Source of the DNA: Thermodesulfobacteriota bacterium
GTDB lineage: Bacteria; Desulfobacterota; Desulfarculia; JACQYL01
Assembly (NCBI GenBank): GCA_963675595.2
Contig: CAXXLZ010000002.1
Span: forward strand, 1,152,001-1,216,000
DNA length: 64,000 nucleotides
Direction of reading: 5' to 3'
Under the pieces are notes generated by a model. The model was not told where the DNA came from. It saw only the letters and a program-made list of their open reading frames with translations, and made no database searches. Shown one piece after another: positions 9,027-21,443 of this stretch; position 1 is the stretch's first letter; each line of letters opens with the position of its first letter. A program made the translations under genes and the position numbers.

Positions 9027-11426
9027 TCATTTCATGTTCGCCCATGGGGGCGCACTTTCGGAAATCGCTTCCGCGGGCCGAACCAGTCTCAACGGCTCGT
9101 CATCCTCTTCCGTAGAAAGAGCTCTCTTGCGAAACCAGATCCGTCGGCCCATATCTCCCTCCCCGGCCTCGGATTCGAGTTGAGGGTTCTCTTTTCCCTC
9201 CCTACCGGTTCCCACTACGGAAACCAAATCAGTTACGCAGTTGCTCAATTGCTCCGTCTGGGAGTTCATCTCCTCGGAAGCGCTCGCGGTCTTCTCGGCG
9301 CCGGCCGCATTGCGTTGGACCACCTTGTCCATCTCGGCTATCGCAATGTTTACCTGTTCGATTCCCTTCGCCTGTTCATTGGAAGCCGCGGCGATTTCCG
9401 CCACCAATTCCCCCGCTCCCGCAGCGCGTTCCGCCACCTCGGAGAAAGCCTCGTTGGTTTTGGCCACAAGGTCCTCGCCATCCTTCACCTTCTTCAGCGT
9501 TCCTTCGATCAAGCCCGCGGTGTTCTTCGCGGCCTCCGCGGCCCGCATGGCCAGATTCCTCACTTCATCGGCCACCACGGCGAACCCGGCCCCCGCCTCT
9601 CCGGCCCTGGCCGCCTCCACTGCCGCGTTCAAGGCCAGCAAGTTGGTTTGAAAAGCGATCTCATCAATAGTCTTAATGATCTTCGAAGTATTCTCGCTCG
9701 CCGTGGAAATGTCCTGCATGGAACCGATCAAATCCTTCATGGATTCATTCGCCCTCTCGACCACCTGCCTCGCGTCCGTCATCATTTGGTCGGCCTGAAG
9801 AGCGTTGTCCGCATTTTGTCGGGTCATGGAAGCCATCTCTTCCAGTGACGAGGAGGTTTCCTCCAGGGATGCCGCCTGCTGGGACGCCCCTTCCGCCAAC
9901 GTTCGGCCGGCGGAAGATACCAGATTCGAAGCCGACGAAACCTGAGTCACACTCAGCGTGATTCCACTGATGACTTTTCGGATCGGTTTGGTGATCACCC
10001 GGTTCACAAGCAGACAGATCACAATACTGATGAGCACGGCGCCGATGAGAGCCGCCCATGTGGTGAATCCCGCCGTTTCCGCCACGCGTGAAGCGGTCAT
10101 CAGAGTACCTTCCAATTCTTGGTTTGCTCGTTCGTTCGAGGCCACCAGGGCCTTGTTCTCTTTTTGGCTTTGCTCGTTGGCCTCAACCATCTTCACTCGG
10201 TTCAGCTCAATCCGTTGAACGTTCTGTATTGCGGCTTCAGATTTCGCAATGATTTCATTTTGTCTGGCCAGAGTATCGGTAATGTCACGCCCTATCGCCA
10301 GGATACCGAGAAGTCCTCCCTCCTCATCCAGTAGCCCCTGATAGGCGATTTCATAGGTCAAACCTCCCGCTTCCACCTCTCTCACCTGCAGGAAATCGCT
10401 GCGAGCCGAGCGTCCATCGATCACCCGGCCACCTTCCAAAGCCTTTTCCCGCAACTCCGCAGACCGCCGAGTGAAATCCTCGACCACTCCCGCATCCATT
10501 GGAACGTCCGAGACAACATCCCCTTCCTTCCCTAGGATCGTCGAGTACCGCACCTTTCCGATCCTTCCCTCCGAGTCGGCGGGGAAAAGCGCCAGACCGG
10601 CTCCCAAATCCTCCGAGAGAAAGCGCAGCATATCCAAATTCAGCCAATATCCGCAGACAAGAAGTCCCAGGTCCACCCCGGAGTCGGATTTCAGAAACGC
10701 GGCGGCACCAAGAACCAGATCATCCCCTATCCGGTCAATGCTCTTGGTGATGCGGTTTTCTCGGATGGCCGCTTTGAAAAGATAAGAGTCCTTCAAATCG
10801 GTGTCGAAGAGTCTTTCTTCATTTGAATACAGGCCCTTACCGCGATAATCACCCTTCAAACCAAGCACCGCGTAAAAGTTCGCATTGGCGGAAGAGACCA
10901 AAGCTCCAACGAAATCATTCAACACGCCTTGCTGCTCGTAAGGGTCCATCCCGGCGTTGGGCTCGATACCCGACTCAATCCCCACATCTTCCATGCTTGC
11001 GTGGTAGAAACCCGCAGCACTTTCGCGAACGTCCCGCGCCTTCACCGCCGCATCGCCCAAGAATTTCGCAGAGTTGACTCGCTCGTCCAGCAGTTGCAGG
11101 GCGGTTCCCGCCAGTGCGGTCATGTTCTGTCGAAGCGTCTCACCGGCCGAACGATTTGAATCTTGAATCAATTGTCGCATGGATTTGAATTGCTCACCAA
11201 GGTCGGCGGCCATATCGCCCATCTTTCCGGCGTCTTCGGCGGCTTCATTCAGTTTGTCATTCATACCGGCTGCTTGTGTTATAACGATTCCGGTTGTATC
11301 AGCCACCTTTTTCAGCAGGTCGTCCTGTTTATTCGCAGACCACAACGCCACCATACCAATAGTAATGGTGCACAATGCAAGAAGAGATATCATTCCAATC
11401 ATTTTTTTATTGATACTATTGAACAT
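9027..11426 (-). CDS. Methyl-accepting chemotaxis protein
   Basis: Two TM segments and [34 protein letters not shown]; likely start MFNSINKK. Confidence 0.95.
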   Translation of the reverse strand: MFNSINKKMIGMISLLALCTITIGMVALWSANKQDDLLKKVADTTGIVITQAAGMNDKLNEAAEDAGKMGDMAADLGEQFKSMRQLIQDSNRSAGETLRQNMTALAGTALQLLDERVNSAKFLGDAAVKARDVRESAAGFYHASMEDVGIESGIEPNAGMDPYEQQGVLNDFVGALVSSANANFYAVLGLKGDYRGKGLYSNEERLFDTDLKDSYLFKAAIRENRITKSIDRIGDDLVLGAAAFLKSDSGVDLGLLVCGYWLNLDMLRFLSEDLGAGLALFPADSEGRIGKVRYSTILGKEGDVVSDVPMDAGVVEDFTRRSAELREKALEGGRVIDGRSARSDFLQVREVEAGGLTYEIAYQGLLDEEGGLLGILAIGRDITDTLARQNEIIAKSEAAIQNVQRIELNRVKMVEANEQSQKENKALVASNERANQELEGTLMTASRVAETAGFTTWAALIGAVLISIVICLLVNRVITKPIRKVISGITLSVTQVSSASNLVSSAGRTLAEGASQQAASLEETSSSLEEMASMTRQNADNALQADQMMTDARQVVERANESMKDLIGSMQDISTASENTSKIIKTIDEIAFQTNLLALNAAVEAARAGEAGAGFAVVADEVRNLAMRAAEAAKNTAGLIEGTLKKVKDGEDLVAKTNEAFSEVAERAAGAGELVAEIAAASNEQAKGIEQVNIAIAEMDKVVQRNAAGAEKTASASEEMNSQTEQLSNCVTDLVSVVGTGREGKENPQLESEAGEGDMGRRIWFRKRALSTEEDDEPLRLVRPAEAISESAPPWANMK

Positions 11427-11976
11427 TGCTCTTCCTAATATATATAGAAAGGTGTGAACTTCATAGCTATCCGGAAGAAACATCAGGATATGAAGTATGA
11501 GGAAACTGTCTTGGGAAATCCCTGAACGGCTCCTCCCGAACATTCCCTAACAGCGGACGTTTGACGAATATGGGGAGGGGATGAGGCCGGCATCGAAAGC
11601 CGGGTGGGAGCCGGGCGGACATCCACCCAACATGGCGCAACTATGCGGTTGAGCGCAAACCTCGGTCACGAGACGCCGGACGGACGGCCCCCCACTCTCC
11701 GAGCCGTTGCCCGGCAGGGAATTCGGCAGGTATCCAGCCCTCCGAGAGCGTGACGGGGCGGGTCGGTCCTTTCACCCACCGCAGCGGGTTCCGACGCCCT
11801 TTGAAAAAGGCCGGTCGCTGCGGTCCGATGAAGAACGATGATATGGCAGGGCGCGCCTGGTCATGAGACGTACCTGAAAAACGCCCCGGCGACGGAGGTG
11901 AAGCCCAACGCCGAAAATCATGTTTTTCACCGGCCCGCTGGAGATCATCTCGCCCGCACAAGCCTATGCGGGGGTG

Positions 11977-13035
11977 CTATTTTAAAAAGTCCTCCGCGGT
12001 CAGTCCCCAGTTGAACACCTCTGTTCCGTGCCATTGCTTACAGATTTCCACGTATTTTGGATTCTCGAGCATACCGGCGACGGCCTTGTCCATGAGACCG
12101 CCAAGATCCTCATCCTCAGCCCGGGTAACGGCCGAGTAAATGTACGGACCAATCGGCTTGGAGAAAGCATGAATTCTTTTGGCCCATCTCTTCGAATCAT
12201 TGGCCACCCACCAGATAATCCCCAAATCAATCACACCGGCGTCCACTTCGCCGTCGGCGATCAACTTGTATATGACGGGCATCTCGTCAATCTGGAGGAT
12301 TTCTTTTACCGGGATTAGAGGAACCGTCTTTCCGGCTCTCTCCATCTCGGCTTCCGTTTCACTCTTCGGGAAGACCCGCTCGAGATTCTCCTTCCCCTCA
12401 TCGGCGGGCACATAGATTCCCGCACGCCGCATGACTCGTCTGACGGCGGGATCGTTGATCACCACCACTCTTTTATCGGCCAAGGAACTCGCGTCCACCG
12501 TCACGTCTTTCGCGGGTTGGCCGTCTTTTTCCTGGCAGCAGACGACCGGTCCCGTATCCAGGTACGAACGGGAATACCGCACGTTGTAACGTGCATACAT
12601 CGGACTGGGAATCAGGGCGGAAAAGACCACATCGTACTTTCCGTCCCGAAGAACCTTGATGATCTGACTCCACTCTTGATCCACGATTACGGGCTTGATC
12701 TCCATTCCCAGGTCCTTGGAAAGTTCCTCAGCCAGGATATCGGTGAGAGCCACTTCGAGTCCCGTCAGCTTGCCCCTCTCCTTAAAACTCAGGCCTTCGA
12801 ACGAAAGATACATCCCTATTCGTATTTGACCGTCCTGCTTGATTCTGGCCAGGGTTTCACTTTCGGCCGCCCTCGAATCCATTGGAAGACCCAAAAGAAT
12901 AAGAGCCGCAACGACCACCGCAATCGTACCTTCGCAATGTTTGAGCAACGTGAAAAGCCTCAACTGAGTTCTCCTTTGTGCAGATGGTAAAGGAAGATTA
13001 TCGGAAGCGGCCTCAGAAGCGAAGACCGCTTCCAT
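11977..13035 (-). CDS. Amino-acid-type periplasmic substrate-binding protein (family 3)
   Basis: TLARIKQDGQIRIG, G-x-EV, YSRSY, C-terminal KYVEICKQW; true start is probably downstream. Confidence 0.8.
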   Translation of the reverse strand: MEAVFASEAASDNLPLPSAQRRTQLRLFTLLKHCEGTIAVVVAALILLGLPMDSRAAESETLARIKQDGQIRIGMYLSFEGLSFKERGKLTGLEVALTDILAEELSKDLGMEIKPVIVDQEWSQIIKVLRDGKYDVVFSALIPSPMYARYNVRYSRSYLDTGPVVCCQEKDGQPAKDVTVDASSLADKRVVVINDPAVRRVMRRAGIYVPADEGKENLERVFPKSETEAEMERAGKTVPLIPVKEILQIDEMPVIYKLIADGEVDAGVIDLGIIWWVANDSKRWAKRIHAFSKPIGPYIYSAVTRAEDEDLGGLMDKAVAGMLENPKYVEICKQWHGTEVFNWGLTAEDFLK

Positions 13036-14626
13036 CGGTGTCTTGGAGATGGGGCCTTCACTCCGAAGCGCCCCCTTTCCAAGCCGGTTCGAATCGTCTC
13101 TCTTCGAGCGTCCGAACCTCTCATCGGAAATATGCCGTCTAGCTCACACCCTGTTGCAAGCCGTTTTCCCTGGACTTCAAAGCTTGAACGCCGCCACACG
13201 ACCGTCTTCGTCGCGGCTGATTCCGTTCCGCTTTTCTGAAACGGCGGGGGGTCCACCGCACGCGAAGGCAACCGTCGCCCACGCCGAGAAGCCCAAAGAA
13301 GCCGCCATGGTCGGACCCCGGCCATTCTCCGTATTCCACCGTCCGCGTGTGCCTCTCTCCCGCCGTCCGTGGGAGCGCGGCATGGTGCGATGACCAAGCT
13401 CACGAAATACGTCGGCCGAAAGTTTCTTCCGTCCACGGCATAACAAAGGCGGACCGCAATCCCGCAGGAGCCGCTAAGCGGAACCCGATGTATGACAAAA
13501 TCCGGTACGAATCATGTTCCCAACACCGAGACACAACTCCAGTCGGAATTTCCGCCTATTAGCGACGCCTCCTTTCATATGGAAGGATCGCCTATATAAA
13601 CCCTAAACTACCAAATCGTTATCTATTTACCAAGAAAACTTTTTCCATTTCACAATATTGCTTTAATTTATGATCCACTTAGGATTGTATTTCTTGCAAC
13701 AAAACATCTTATATTTCAAAACAACCAATGTTCTTCCGCTTAAATATTGAAATCTCCAATAGCAAAATTATTTATATGCTTTTAAATACAGATAAATGTA
13801 ATACAGCCATATATGGATAGCCGTATCCCATTTAACGATCACTGTCCTACATTGTGAGAATGCCGACCGTCGTGAGTTGATGTGCCTGGAATTCCGGATC
13901 GCTTCAAATGGGAAGCCGACTCCGATCCGGCGGCCACTTGAGAAAAAGCTTGAAACGTCTCGTATTCCCATCGCCGGGCGGCGGTGAGAGGAGGGAGGGG
14001 AGCGATCAGCGCACCGATCACGAAATTCCCCGCGCTTGGATTCCGGCTGAGGTGGATACGGGAAATGGCTCAGCCCGTAAAAGCCGGCAGGAAGAAAGAC
14101 GACCGGAAGGGCATGAATCCCGAGATGAAACCGACACGAAACACGCCTCGGATCACGCCCTTCCGCACCCCGGCGCTGCATCCCTCCGGACTTGTGAGCC
14201 TATTCGGTCAAGAAACGGCCGTTGTCCTGTTCGGCATCCATTACGGACCACGTGACAAACACCGGAACAACGGCCAAAACGATGCGCTTGAGCATTTGAG
14301 TTTCTCGTCTCCGTATGAATGAGTTTCCACATACCGACCCGAAGTTACCAAAGCATGAACAATCTACAAAGAAAGCCCGCCCCTCTCTGCCAAATCATGC
14401 CATCGATTTATCATAGTGCGGTTTTTACGTGTGCTCATGTCTCCTGTATGGTAGTAATGGAACGATATCCGTATCATGCGGATAGACGTCGATTATCCCG
14501 TCCGCCTGCAAGCCGATGGTCGATCCTGATCGCAATTGGAAAAGACGTCGGATAGATATCAAGGTGACGGGGATAATCACGATGTTAATGACAGCCCCGT
14601 ATTAAACACTTTGTCGCCTATAAAGA

Positions 14627-15373
14627 ATGGATGCCGGGAAGGCTTCACGTCCGCGGGGAATATACGATCGTACAACCATGGCCGCGCAAAGAGAGGAGGT
14701 TGTTTCTGTGACGACGCGTATTCTGAGGAAGCTGATCATCATGGTCGCCGTCTTGTTGCCCGCCGCGCTCACGCAAGCCGCCGAGCCCGAAATTATGAGC
14801 ATACATCTCATCGACCGGTATCTGAATGACGGCCAAAGGAACGTGTTCTCCAGGCACGACTATACCGTTCGGCAGATACTCGAAGATCTGTTGGGTATTC
14901 TCAATCAGACGGACCTTGAAGCCGTCATCGGCAGATTTGAGGGCGACCCGGCCGTCATGCCGCGATTCTTCAGCGGAGATACGGCACAGCTCAAGAGCGA
15001 CCTCGAATACCTCCTCAACGTTTTCCCTCAGACCGGCGGAGTCTTCTCGAACCCTCTGTCCGTCGGCGAGAAGAGCTTCGTGGATGACGGGGGGGACTAC
15101 TTCACCACCGACGAACCCGAACGCTTCACCCCTCTACCTTCCAGCAATACCTATGTTTTGAATTTCTATGCAGGAAAAGATACGGCGGCCACTTCCGCTT
15201 TCGGAATCCTCGAAAACGTGGAAATCGTGACTCGGGACAATCGGTATCGTATCTTCGCCCGGGAAGAACCCGTTCCCGCGTCCGTCGCGGACGTATCCGC
15301 CCTGAACTTGGCGGGCGCCTTGATCCTGTCGCTGATGGTGGCCGCTCTGGGATGGAGGCTCATCCGAGCCTGA
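14627..15373 (+). CDS. Secreted protein with IPTL-CTERM-like sorting tail
   Basis: Signal peptide (..AALTQA) and C-terminal VSALNLAGALILSLMVAALGWRLIRA. Confidence 0.65.
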   Translation: MDAGKASRPRGIYDRTTMAAQREEVVSVTTRILRKLIIMVAVLLPAALTQAAEPEIMSIHLIDRYLNDGQRNVFSRHDYTVRQILEDLLGILNQTDLEAVIGRFEGDPAVMPRFFSGDTAQLKSDLEYLLNVFPQTGGVFSNPLSVGEKSFVDDGGDYFTTDEPERFTPLPSSNTYVLNFYAGKDTAATSAFGILENVEIVTRDNRYRIFAREEPVPASVADVSALNLAGALILSLMVAALGWRLIRA

Positions 15374-15398
15374 AAGGGCCGCAGAAAAACGCCGAGGT

Positions 15399-16280
15399 TC
15401 ACTGGCCTATGAAATCGGCATACGCGGGAAAGCCTACGGTCGCATACATGCGTCGAACATACCCGTATTCCGAATCGCTCACGCGCGTCAGAAACTTCAT
15501 GCCCTGGTACTTGGCATTGTCCTCGCCCACGAGAACGGCCTCGATCAGCTCTCGAGGATGCGTTTCGAAGCAATGCCTCAGACGCGCGAGCAGGTTGCCG
15601 TCAACGTGAGAGCCCGCGAGCATCACGTCGTTGGGCAGGTCCGGTCCCCGGCCGATCACCCTGAAAGCTCCGGGCTCCAGGGTCTCTTCTTTGGATCGTT
15701 TTCTCTGGAAGACTTGGTAATTCATCCCCAGAGCTGCAATGTCCCCACGAATCAGAGCCGCCCACGACTGATCCACGTCTTCCACATGCACGGATTTGAT
15801 ATCGCGACGAGGGTCCAACCCATGGTCGGCCAGAATCTGCATGGGAGCCAAGTGGTTCGAGGTCGACCCCAAGGCCCCGAAAGCGACTTTCTTTCCTTTC
15901 AGATCGGCGATGGTGCTGATTCCGCTCTCAGCCATGACCACAATCCCCGCGAAATAATCGGGCCGGGAAAAAACCACCAGAGGCTGCGATTCGGTCTTCT
16001 TCCTGAAGACCACGTATTCGGCCGGACCGGTAAGCACCAGGTCCACCCTCCCGGAATTCAAGGCGCGTACCGCTTCCATGCGGCTATGGACCGGGCAAAG
16101 CCGGATATCCACGCGTGCCAGACGACTCAATCGGTCTCGAAACGCTCCGAATTCCTTCTCCAGAGGCGCACTGCCGATCAGGTCCGTCACCGCCAACCCC
16201 AGGTGGTCGGAGGCGTGGACGTTGTTGAATATGGGTGAGAGGAGAAAATAAAAAACCACCAGCCACAGCCGCGACTTCAT
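15399..16280 (-). CDS. PhnD/PtxB-like phosphate/phosphonate-binding protein
   Basis: Signal peptide, GPAEYV, DLKGKKVAFGALGSTSNHLAP, PDLPND. Confidence 0.88.
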   Translation of the reverse strand: MKSRLWLVVFYFLLSPIFNNVHASDHLGLAVTDLIGSAPLEKEFGAFRDRLSRLARVDIRLCPVHSRMEAVRALNSGRVDLVLTGPAEYVVFRKKTESQPLVVFSRPDYFAGIVVMAESGISTIADLKGKKVAFGALGSTSNHLAPMQILADHGLDPRRDIKSVHVEDVDQSWAALIRGDIAALGMNYQVFQRKRSKEETLEPGAFRVIGRGPDLPNDVMLAGSHVDGNLLARLRHCFETHPRELIEAVLVGEDNAKYQGMKFLTRVSDSEYGYVRRMYATVGFPAYADFIGQ

Positions 16281-16367
16281 GGGTTTTCCTCCGTCCGAGG
16301 ATTCGTCGTCCGATGTGCCGTAAGAATGAGGATGCCGACCCTAAGGCGGCCATTGCATGGGAACGAA

Positions 16368-19118
16368 CTATTGGACTCGCCCCGAGAAGACCCGGGGCTC
16401 CGAGCCCTGGGCAGTCCGCCTCAACATCCTATCCATCGACGCCCCCAAAGTCCGTTCTCCCTTCAACAGAGCTTCGGCGTTTTCTTTATCCAACGGCTTG
16501 GCGAACAAATAGCCCTGGACATAATCGCATCCCATTCCCTCGAGTTCCGCGAGTTGTGCCTCTGTTTCCACTCCTTCGGCCACTACGTCCATGCTCAAAT
16601 TGTGAGCCAGCAGGATGATGGTCCGCACAATTTCCTTGTGCTTGCCGCTCCCGTTCATGTGACTCACGAAAGATCGGTCCACTTTGAGAACATCAATGGG
16701 AAATCGATGCAGATAGTCCAGACAGGAATACCCCGTCCCGAAATCGTCGATGGAAAGCTTCACTTTCCGCCTTTTCAGCTCTTCCAATAGGATTTCAGTT
16801 GCTTGAGCGTTCTCCATGACCACGCTCTCGGTGACTTCCAGGGTGAGACATCTGGAATCCAGACCCGACTCCTCCATCAATTCGCAAATCTGCTCCGAAA
16901 GTTCCGGTTGTCTGAATTGCTTGGCGGAGAGGTTCACACTGATTCCCAGGGAGGAGAACTCGGGATACCTGCACTGCCACTCCCTGACTTGGCGACACGC
17001 GTCCTTCAAGGTCTGCAGGCCGATGGATATGATCAGGCCGGACTCCTCGGCCACATGAATGAAGTCATAGGGATAGATCAGACCCTTTTCAGGATGCCGC
17101 CATCGCAGCAGGGCTTCAAAGCCCGTCAGGCGCTTCTCTCGTAGAGACAATACGGGCTGGTAATGTACCTCGAATTGGTTCCTCCCCAGGGCTCGACGCA
17201 TACCGTTCTCCATCGCCATGGCCTGGATCACCCGGTCCCGCATGGGAGCACTGAAGACTTTGTAACAATCCTTGCCCTCTTCCTTCGCTTGGTACATGGC
17301 GATATCGGCGTCGCGCAGTATGTATTCGGCCCGCTGATGGGTGGTTGAGTTCCACACGATACCGATACTGGCCGACGTGTGAATCAAATGCCCCCCAACA
17401 AGCATCGGAGCGCGCACTTCCGTCTGAATACGCCGGACAACCTGGACGACGCCGTCCAAGGATTCCACGTCCTCCAACAACAGGGCGAATTCATCGCCTC
17501 CGATTCTGGATACCGTATCAATGGCCCGCACACAGGAGCTCAGTCGTTTGGACACGGCCACCAGAAGTTGGTCACCCACGATATGTCCCAAACTGTCGTT
17601 CACCACCTTGAATCGGTCCAAATCAAGAAACAGGACGGCGAAACGTTGGCTTTTCTTTCTCTTGGCCCTTTCCATGGCCCGTTCCAGCCGATCCATGAAC
17701 AAGGCGCGGTTCGGAAGCCCCGTCAGTCGATCATGAAACGCATGATAGGCCAGCTCGGCCTCCGCCCGCTTCCGTTCCGTGATATCAACGTAAACACCGT
17801 AGCACCCTTCCGACCTGCCCTCGATTTCAATGGGGAAGGTGAGAACCGAAACGTCCACTCTGCTCCCGTCCTTCCGCTTTCTCACGGTCTCGATTTCCGT
17901 CGGCCGTCTGTGGGCAAGCTCATCCCTCATGGTGGCGGACTCGTGAAGCCGATCCTCCGGAACGATAAATTCCGTGAGAAACCGGCCCCGGAGCTCCTCT
18001 TCCGAATACCGGAACATCTTCTCGAAAGCTCCGTTGACGGAGAGTACGGTCCCCGAGGCGTCACAAATCACCGTGGCTTGGGGTGAATTTCTGAAGAGTT
18101 GCTGGAAATAGGCCTGTTGCTCCTTTCTCTGTTCTTCCGCCTTCTCCCGTTCCCGAATCTCCCCTTCCAGGGCTTCGTTGGTCACCCGCAGTTCCGAGGT
18201 GGCCGTGCGTACTTTCTTGCGAAGTTGATAACTCCAGAAGAGAATCACGCAGCCCAGCAGACTCAACCCGAGCAACACCGCGCCCACCAATTGCCAGGGA
18301 ATGCGACGCACCAGCCTGGATTCTTTCCAACGCTCTTCAAGAGCATGCATCTCCTCGGGGGTAATTCTCGACAGACCATCGTCCAAAAGAGCGAGCAGGT
18401 CGGAGTCCTCTTTTCTCACACACGCATGAACAGGCAGTTCCACCGCGGGTGTCCGGGTGTATCTGTATTCATCAAGCAGGCCCAGCTTGGAAAGGTGATG
18501 AGCGGCGTTGAACATCGTTCCCGCAAAGGCGTGGATTTCCCCCAGGAAAGCGGCCTGAGCGAGTTCCGGAAAAGAGGGGTACTCGATGATCGTGGTCCCG
18601 AAGGGCACCGTATTCTTCACGAAGTTTGAAGAAAGCCCCGCCTCCACCACGCCTACATGGAGCCCCTTGAGATCGCTGAATCGGGAGATGCCTTTGAGGG
18701 ACTTATGGTGGAACAGGTAGTAGGTGCGGGAGGCATACGCGGTTGTGAAGTCGGCCCACTGTCGGAGCTTTTCGGAGGGCAAAACGGGCGCCGAGAAGTC
18801 GGCGCGGCCCTCTTCCAGAAGTCGGATCGCCTCGCTCCAGGTGCTCAAACGGAATTCGATCTTTCGGCCCGTCTTCCGAGACCAGAGGTTCCAGATATCG
18901 ATGTTCAAGCCTTCCGGGCTACCGTCCGCGTCGGTAAACTGGAAGGGAACACAGTGGTCGGGTCCCGTCATGACCAAAGGAGCGGTATCGCCCAAGGGAC
19001 CGGAGGTGGGTGCCGCGTTGCCGATGGTGGGAAGAACCGCCCAACTACCCAGCAACACGCTCAAGATGAGTATGATGTTCTTGCTTAGAGACATTTCGGA
19101 TTTCTGTTTTGCTTCCAA
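16368..19118 (-). CDS. PBP-PAS-GGDEF-EAL diguanylate cyclase/phosphodiesterase
   Basis: N-terminal binding domain, TM, PAS, RIGGDEF, FEALLRW, DDFGTGYS. Confidence 0.95.
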   Translation of the reverse strand: MEAKQKSEMSLSKNIILILSVLLGSWAVLPTIGNAAPTSGPLGDTAPLVMTGPDHCVPFQFTDADGSPEGLNIDIWNLWSRKTGRKIEFRLSTWSEAIRLLEEGRADFSAPVLPSEKLRQWADFTTAYASRTYYLFHHKSLKGISRFSDLKGLHVGVVEAGLSSNFVKNTVPFGTTIIEYPSFPELAQAAFLGEIHAFAGTMFNAAHHLSKLGLLDEYRYTRTPAVELPVHACVRKEDSDLLALLDDGLSRITPEEMHALEERWKESRLVRRIPWQLVGAVLLGLSLLGCVILFWSYQLRKKVRTATSELRVTNEALEGEIREREKAEEQRKEQQAYFQQLFRNSPQATVICDASGTVLSVNGAFEKMFRYSEEELRGRFLTEFIVPEDRLHESATMRDELAHRRPTEIETVRKRKDGSRVDVSVLTFPIEIEGRSEGCYGVYVDITERKRAEAELAYHAFHDRLTGLPNRALFMDRLERAMERAKRKKSQRFAVLFLDLDRFKVVNDSLGHIVGDQLLVAVSKRLSSCVRAIDTVSRIGGDEFALLLEDVESLDGVVQVVRRIQTEVRAPMLVGGHLIHTSASIGIVWNSTTHQRAEYILRDADIAMYQAKEEGKDCYKVFSAPMRDRVIQAMAMENGMRRALGRNQFEVHYQPVLSLREKRLTGFEALLRWRHPEKGLIYPYDFIHVAEESGLIISIGLQTLKDACRQVREWQCRYPEFSSLGISVNLSAKQFRQPELSEQICELMEESGLDSRCLTLEVTESVVMENAQATEILLEELKRRKVKLSIDDFGTGYSCLDYLHRFPIDVLKVDRSFVSHMNGSGKHKEIVRTIILLAHNLSMDVVAEGVETEAQLAELEGMGCDYVQGYLFAKPLDKENAEALLKGERTLGASMDRMLRRTAQGSEPRVFSGRVQ

Positions 19119-19273
19119 TGGGTTCCGGCGAGGAAGGGATATTCAGGTCCTTTCCCCGGAGCGCCGAACGAGACCGAAGCTCAACAGATACCGCACAAAT
19201 GTCACGGAGTTGTTACGGTTACAACAAAGGCGTGTGCAGAAACAAGAAAAGAGTAAAAAATGAGTAGGGCGTG

Positions 19274-21314
19274 TCAGAATTTGACCATCACCGTACCGTA
19301 ATACGCCCGGCCGGGGGCCGGATAACCGAAGAAATCCTGGTACGCTTCGTCGGTGAAATTGATCACTTCGAAACTCAAAGTGAGCCAATCCGTTGCTTTC
19401 AAGGAAACGCCGGCGTCATGAAGGCTCCGCGCCTCCACCTCACCGATGTTGGAGGCGTTCAGGTAGTTCTTGTCGATATAATGGTAGGCGTAATACGGTT
19501 CGAATTTCCACAAGGTAAGCCCCGTACGGAAATCGGCCTCCCACACCGGCCTCTGGGGAAGGTACTTGTCCTTCTTTCCTTTGACGGGTCCCTTGTTGCG
19601 GGCGTCCTGGTAGGTGACGTTTCCCGAAAGATGGACCAGGTCCCACAGGTTGATCTTGAGCGAAATCTCCACACCGGAAATCTCGGCTTCGTCCACCTGT
19701 CGCGAGGTGGCGATGTTTCCCGTAGCCTGTTCCGAGCTGATGAGATTGTCCACGTCGCTGTGAAAGTAGGCCGCCTCAAAGGATACCTGCCTCAGAAAAG
19801 GCGTCGTGTCGTAGAAATCAACGCCGAACCCCACGTCATAGTTCGTGCCCTTTTCCGGGTCCAGCTCGATGTTTCCGATGTAGCTTCCATTGTTGCCGAA
19901 TAGTTCGAAAAATGAGGGGAACCGATGATAATAGCCCACGTTTGCTTTGAAATATAGAAAATGAAAGGGAGCATACTTGACCCCTAGTTGGGGAGACCAT
20001 TCGTCGTAACTTTTGTTCCCCGCCTGGCCCGTGATCACGCGCCCCGCGCTCACGCCGTTGAGGTCGTTCTTCACGTGGTCGTACCGAATGGACGGCACCA
20101 CCAGTACCTTGCGATCGAAGAGCTCGATTCGGTCTTCCAGGGCCAGCGCCAACGTGGCTCGGTTGCTCTCCGGCACCGTAATGCGCGACAGCGCGTCGTC
20201 CGGTTCATAATTCTCGTGGATGTACTGCACCAAGAAGGTCCACGTCTGGTAACGGCCCAGGGAGTAGGCTGCGGTGAAGTCGGTCCCCAGCGTCAGCGTG
20301 GTGTCGTGCGTGTCCTGGCTTCCGCCCCCCACCTCTCCCTTTCGATCGTCCAATTCCTCCACTTTGTAGGCCGCATAGGGTTTCAAAGTCAGAAGCAGGT
20401 CTTCCGTGGCCTGGAGTTCGCCCTTCAGCGTGGTGAGGTTCTCCAAAGTATCGTAGGCCGCGGATTCGGTGGGAGAGCCGATGGGGCCCGCAAGACCGCT
20501 GTGAGTCTTCTTGAAATTGTTCACCAGGTCCACGCGAGCGTTCATGAAATCGTATCCCGCCCGCACGGAAACATCATCCCCGCGAAATTTATTGTTCCTG
20601 CGTTTTTCAATACGGTCGTCCGCCATATTGTATTTGGTGCCGCGGTCGTTCAAATATTCGAAGTCGTTGTCCGCCTGACGGTGTTCATAAGCCAGGGAAT
20701 AATCAAAGGCGCCGGGTTTGTGGCCCACGAAACCGGAACCGGTATACGTGCCGAAGGAGCCCATTTGAGCCTGCCCCCAAACGGTCCGCGTTCCTTTGAT
20801 TCTTCGCGTCTTGATATTGATGACACCCCCGATCCCGGACACCCCTAACTGAAGGGGCGACGTGCCGCGATAGACTTCGATGCTCTCCACAATGCCCGTG
20901 GGAAGCGTTCCCAGATTCACGCCCCCGCCCAAAGCCTGGTTCAACGGAATCCCGTCCACCAGAATCACCACCTGCTCCGCACTGCTGCCCCGTATGGAAG
21001 CCGTGGAAAAGGAGCCCAACCCCCCCGGACTCGTTGACCCGCACGCCCACTTCTTCACTCAGAAGTTCCGCCACCGTGGTGAACTTGCCCGTGATCCGGT
21101 CTTCCGAGATGACGCTTACCTGGTAGGGGACGTCCGCGGTGAGGTCGTCCTTCCCTCCGCCTTCCTCCACCACGTACACCGTGCCCAGCGTGTGCATGGG
21201 TTCCTCGGATCGGGCGCAGGGAGTCGCCCAGAAGGCGGGCGGCAGAGCAAGCAGCAGGCACAGGAGCAGAACCGTGCACTTTCGTTCTTTCGGAAGGAAG
21301 CGCCTGAGATTCAT
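19274..21314 (-). pseudogene. btuB: TonB-dependent cobalamin receptor, +1 frameshift in a G7 tract at 21020-21026
   Basis: The signal peptide/plug ORF (..EEVGVRVNESGG) joins the second ORF (LGSFSTASIRGSS..VLVDG-like) if one G is removed; C-terminal PGRAYYGTVMVKF; lies downstream of a B12 riboswitch. Confidence 0.85.
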
Positions 21315-21346
21315 AAGGCGCTCCGGCAACAAAATTCGTCCGAACA

Positions 21347-21378
21347 AAAAAAAGCCTCATGCCCGGGCGACATGAGGG
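21347..21378 (-). terminator. Intrinsic terminator (riboswitch expression platform)
   Basis: CCTCATG-loop-CATGAGG followed by CTTTTTTTT. Confidence 0.75.
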
Positions 21379-21443
21379 GGGAATTCCATCGGGAAATGGG
21401 ACCCATCGCAACCTCCGGTGCAATCTTGGGGAAGGTTCTACAT

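Noticed and set aside
13040-14620. Short ORFs and an inverted repeat (14491-14502 / 14566-14578)
   Set aside because: ORFs are not convincing (perhaps a decayed membrane-protein gene on the minus strand); one stem is not enough to call an ncRNA
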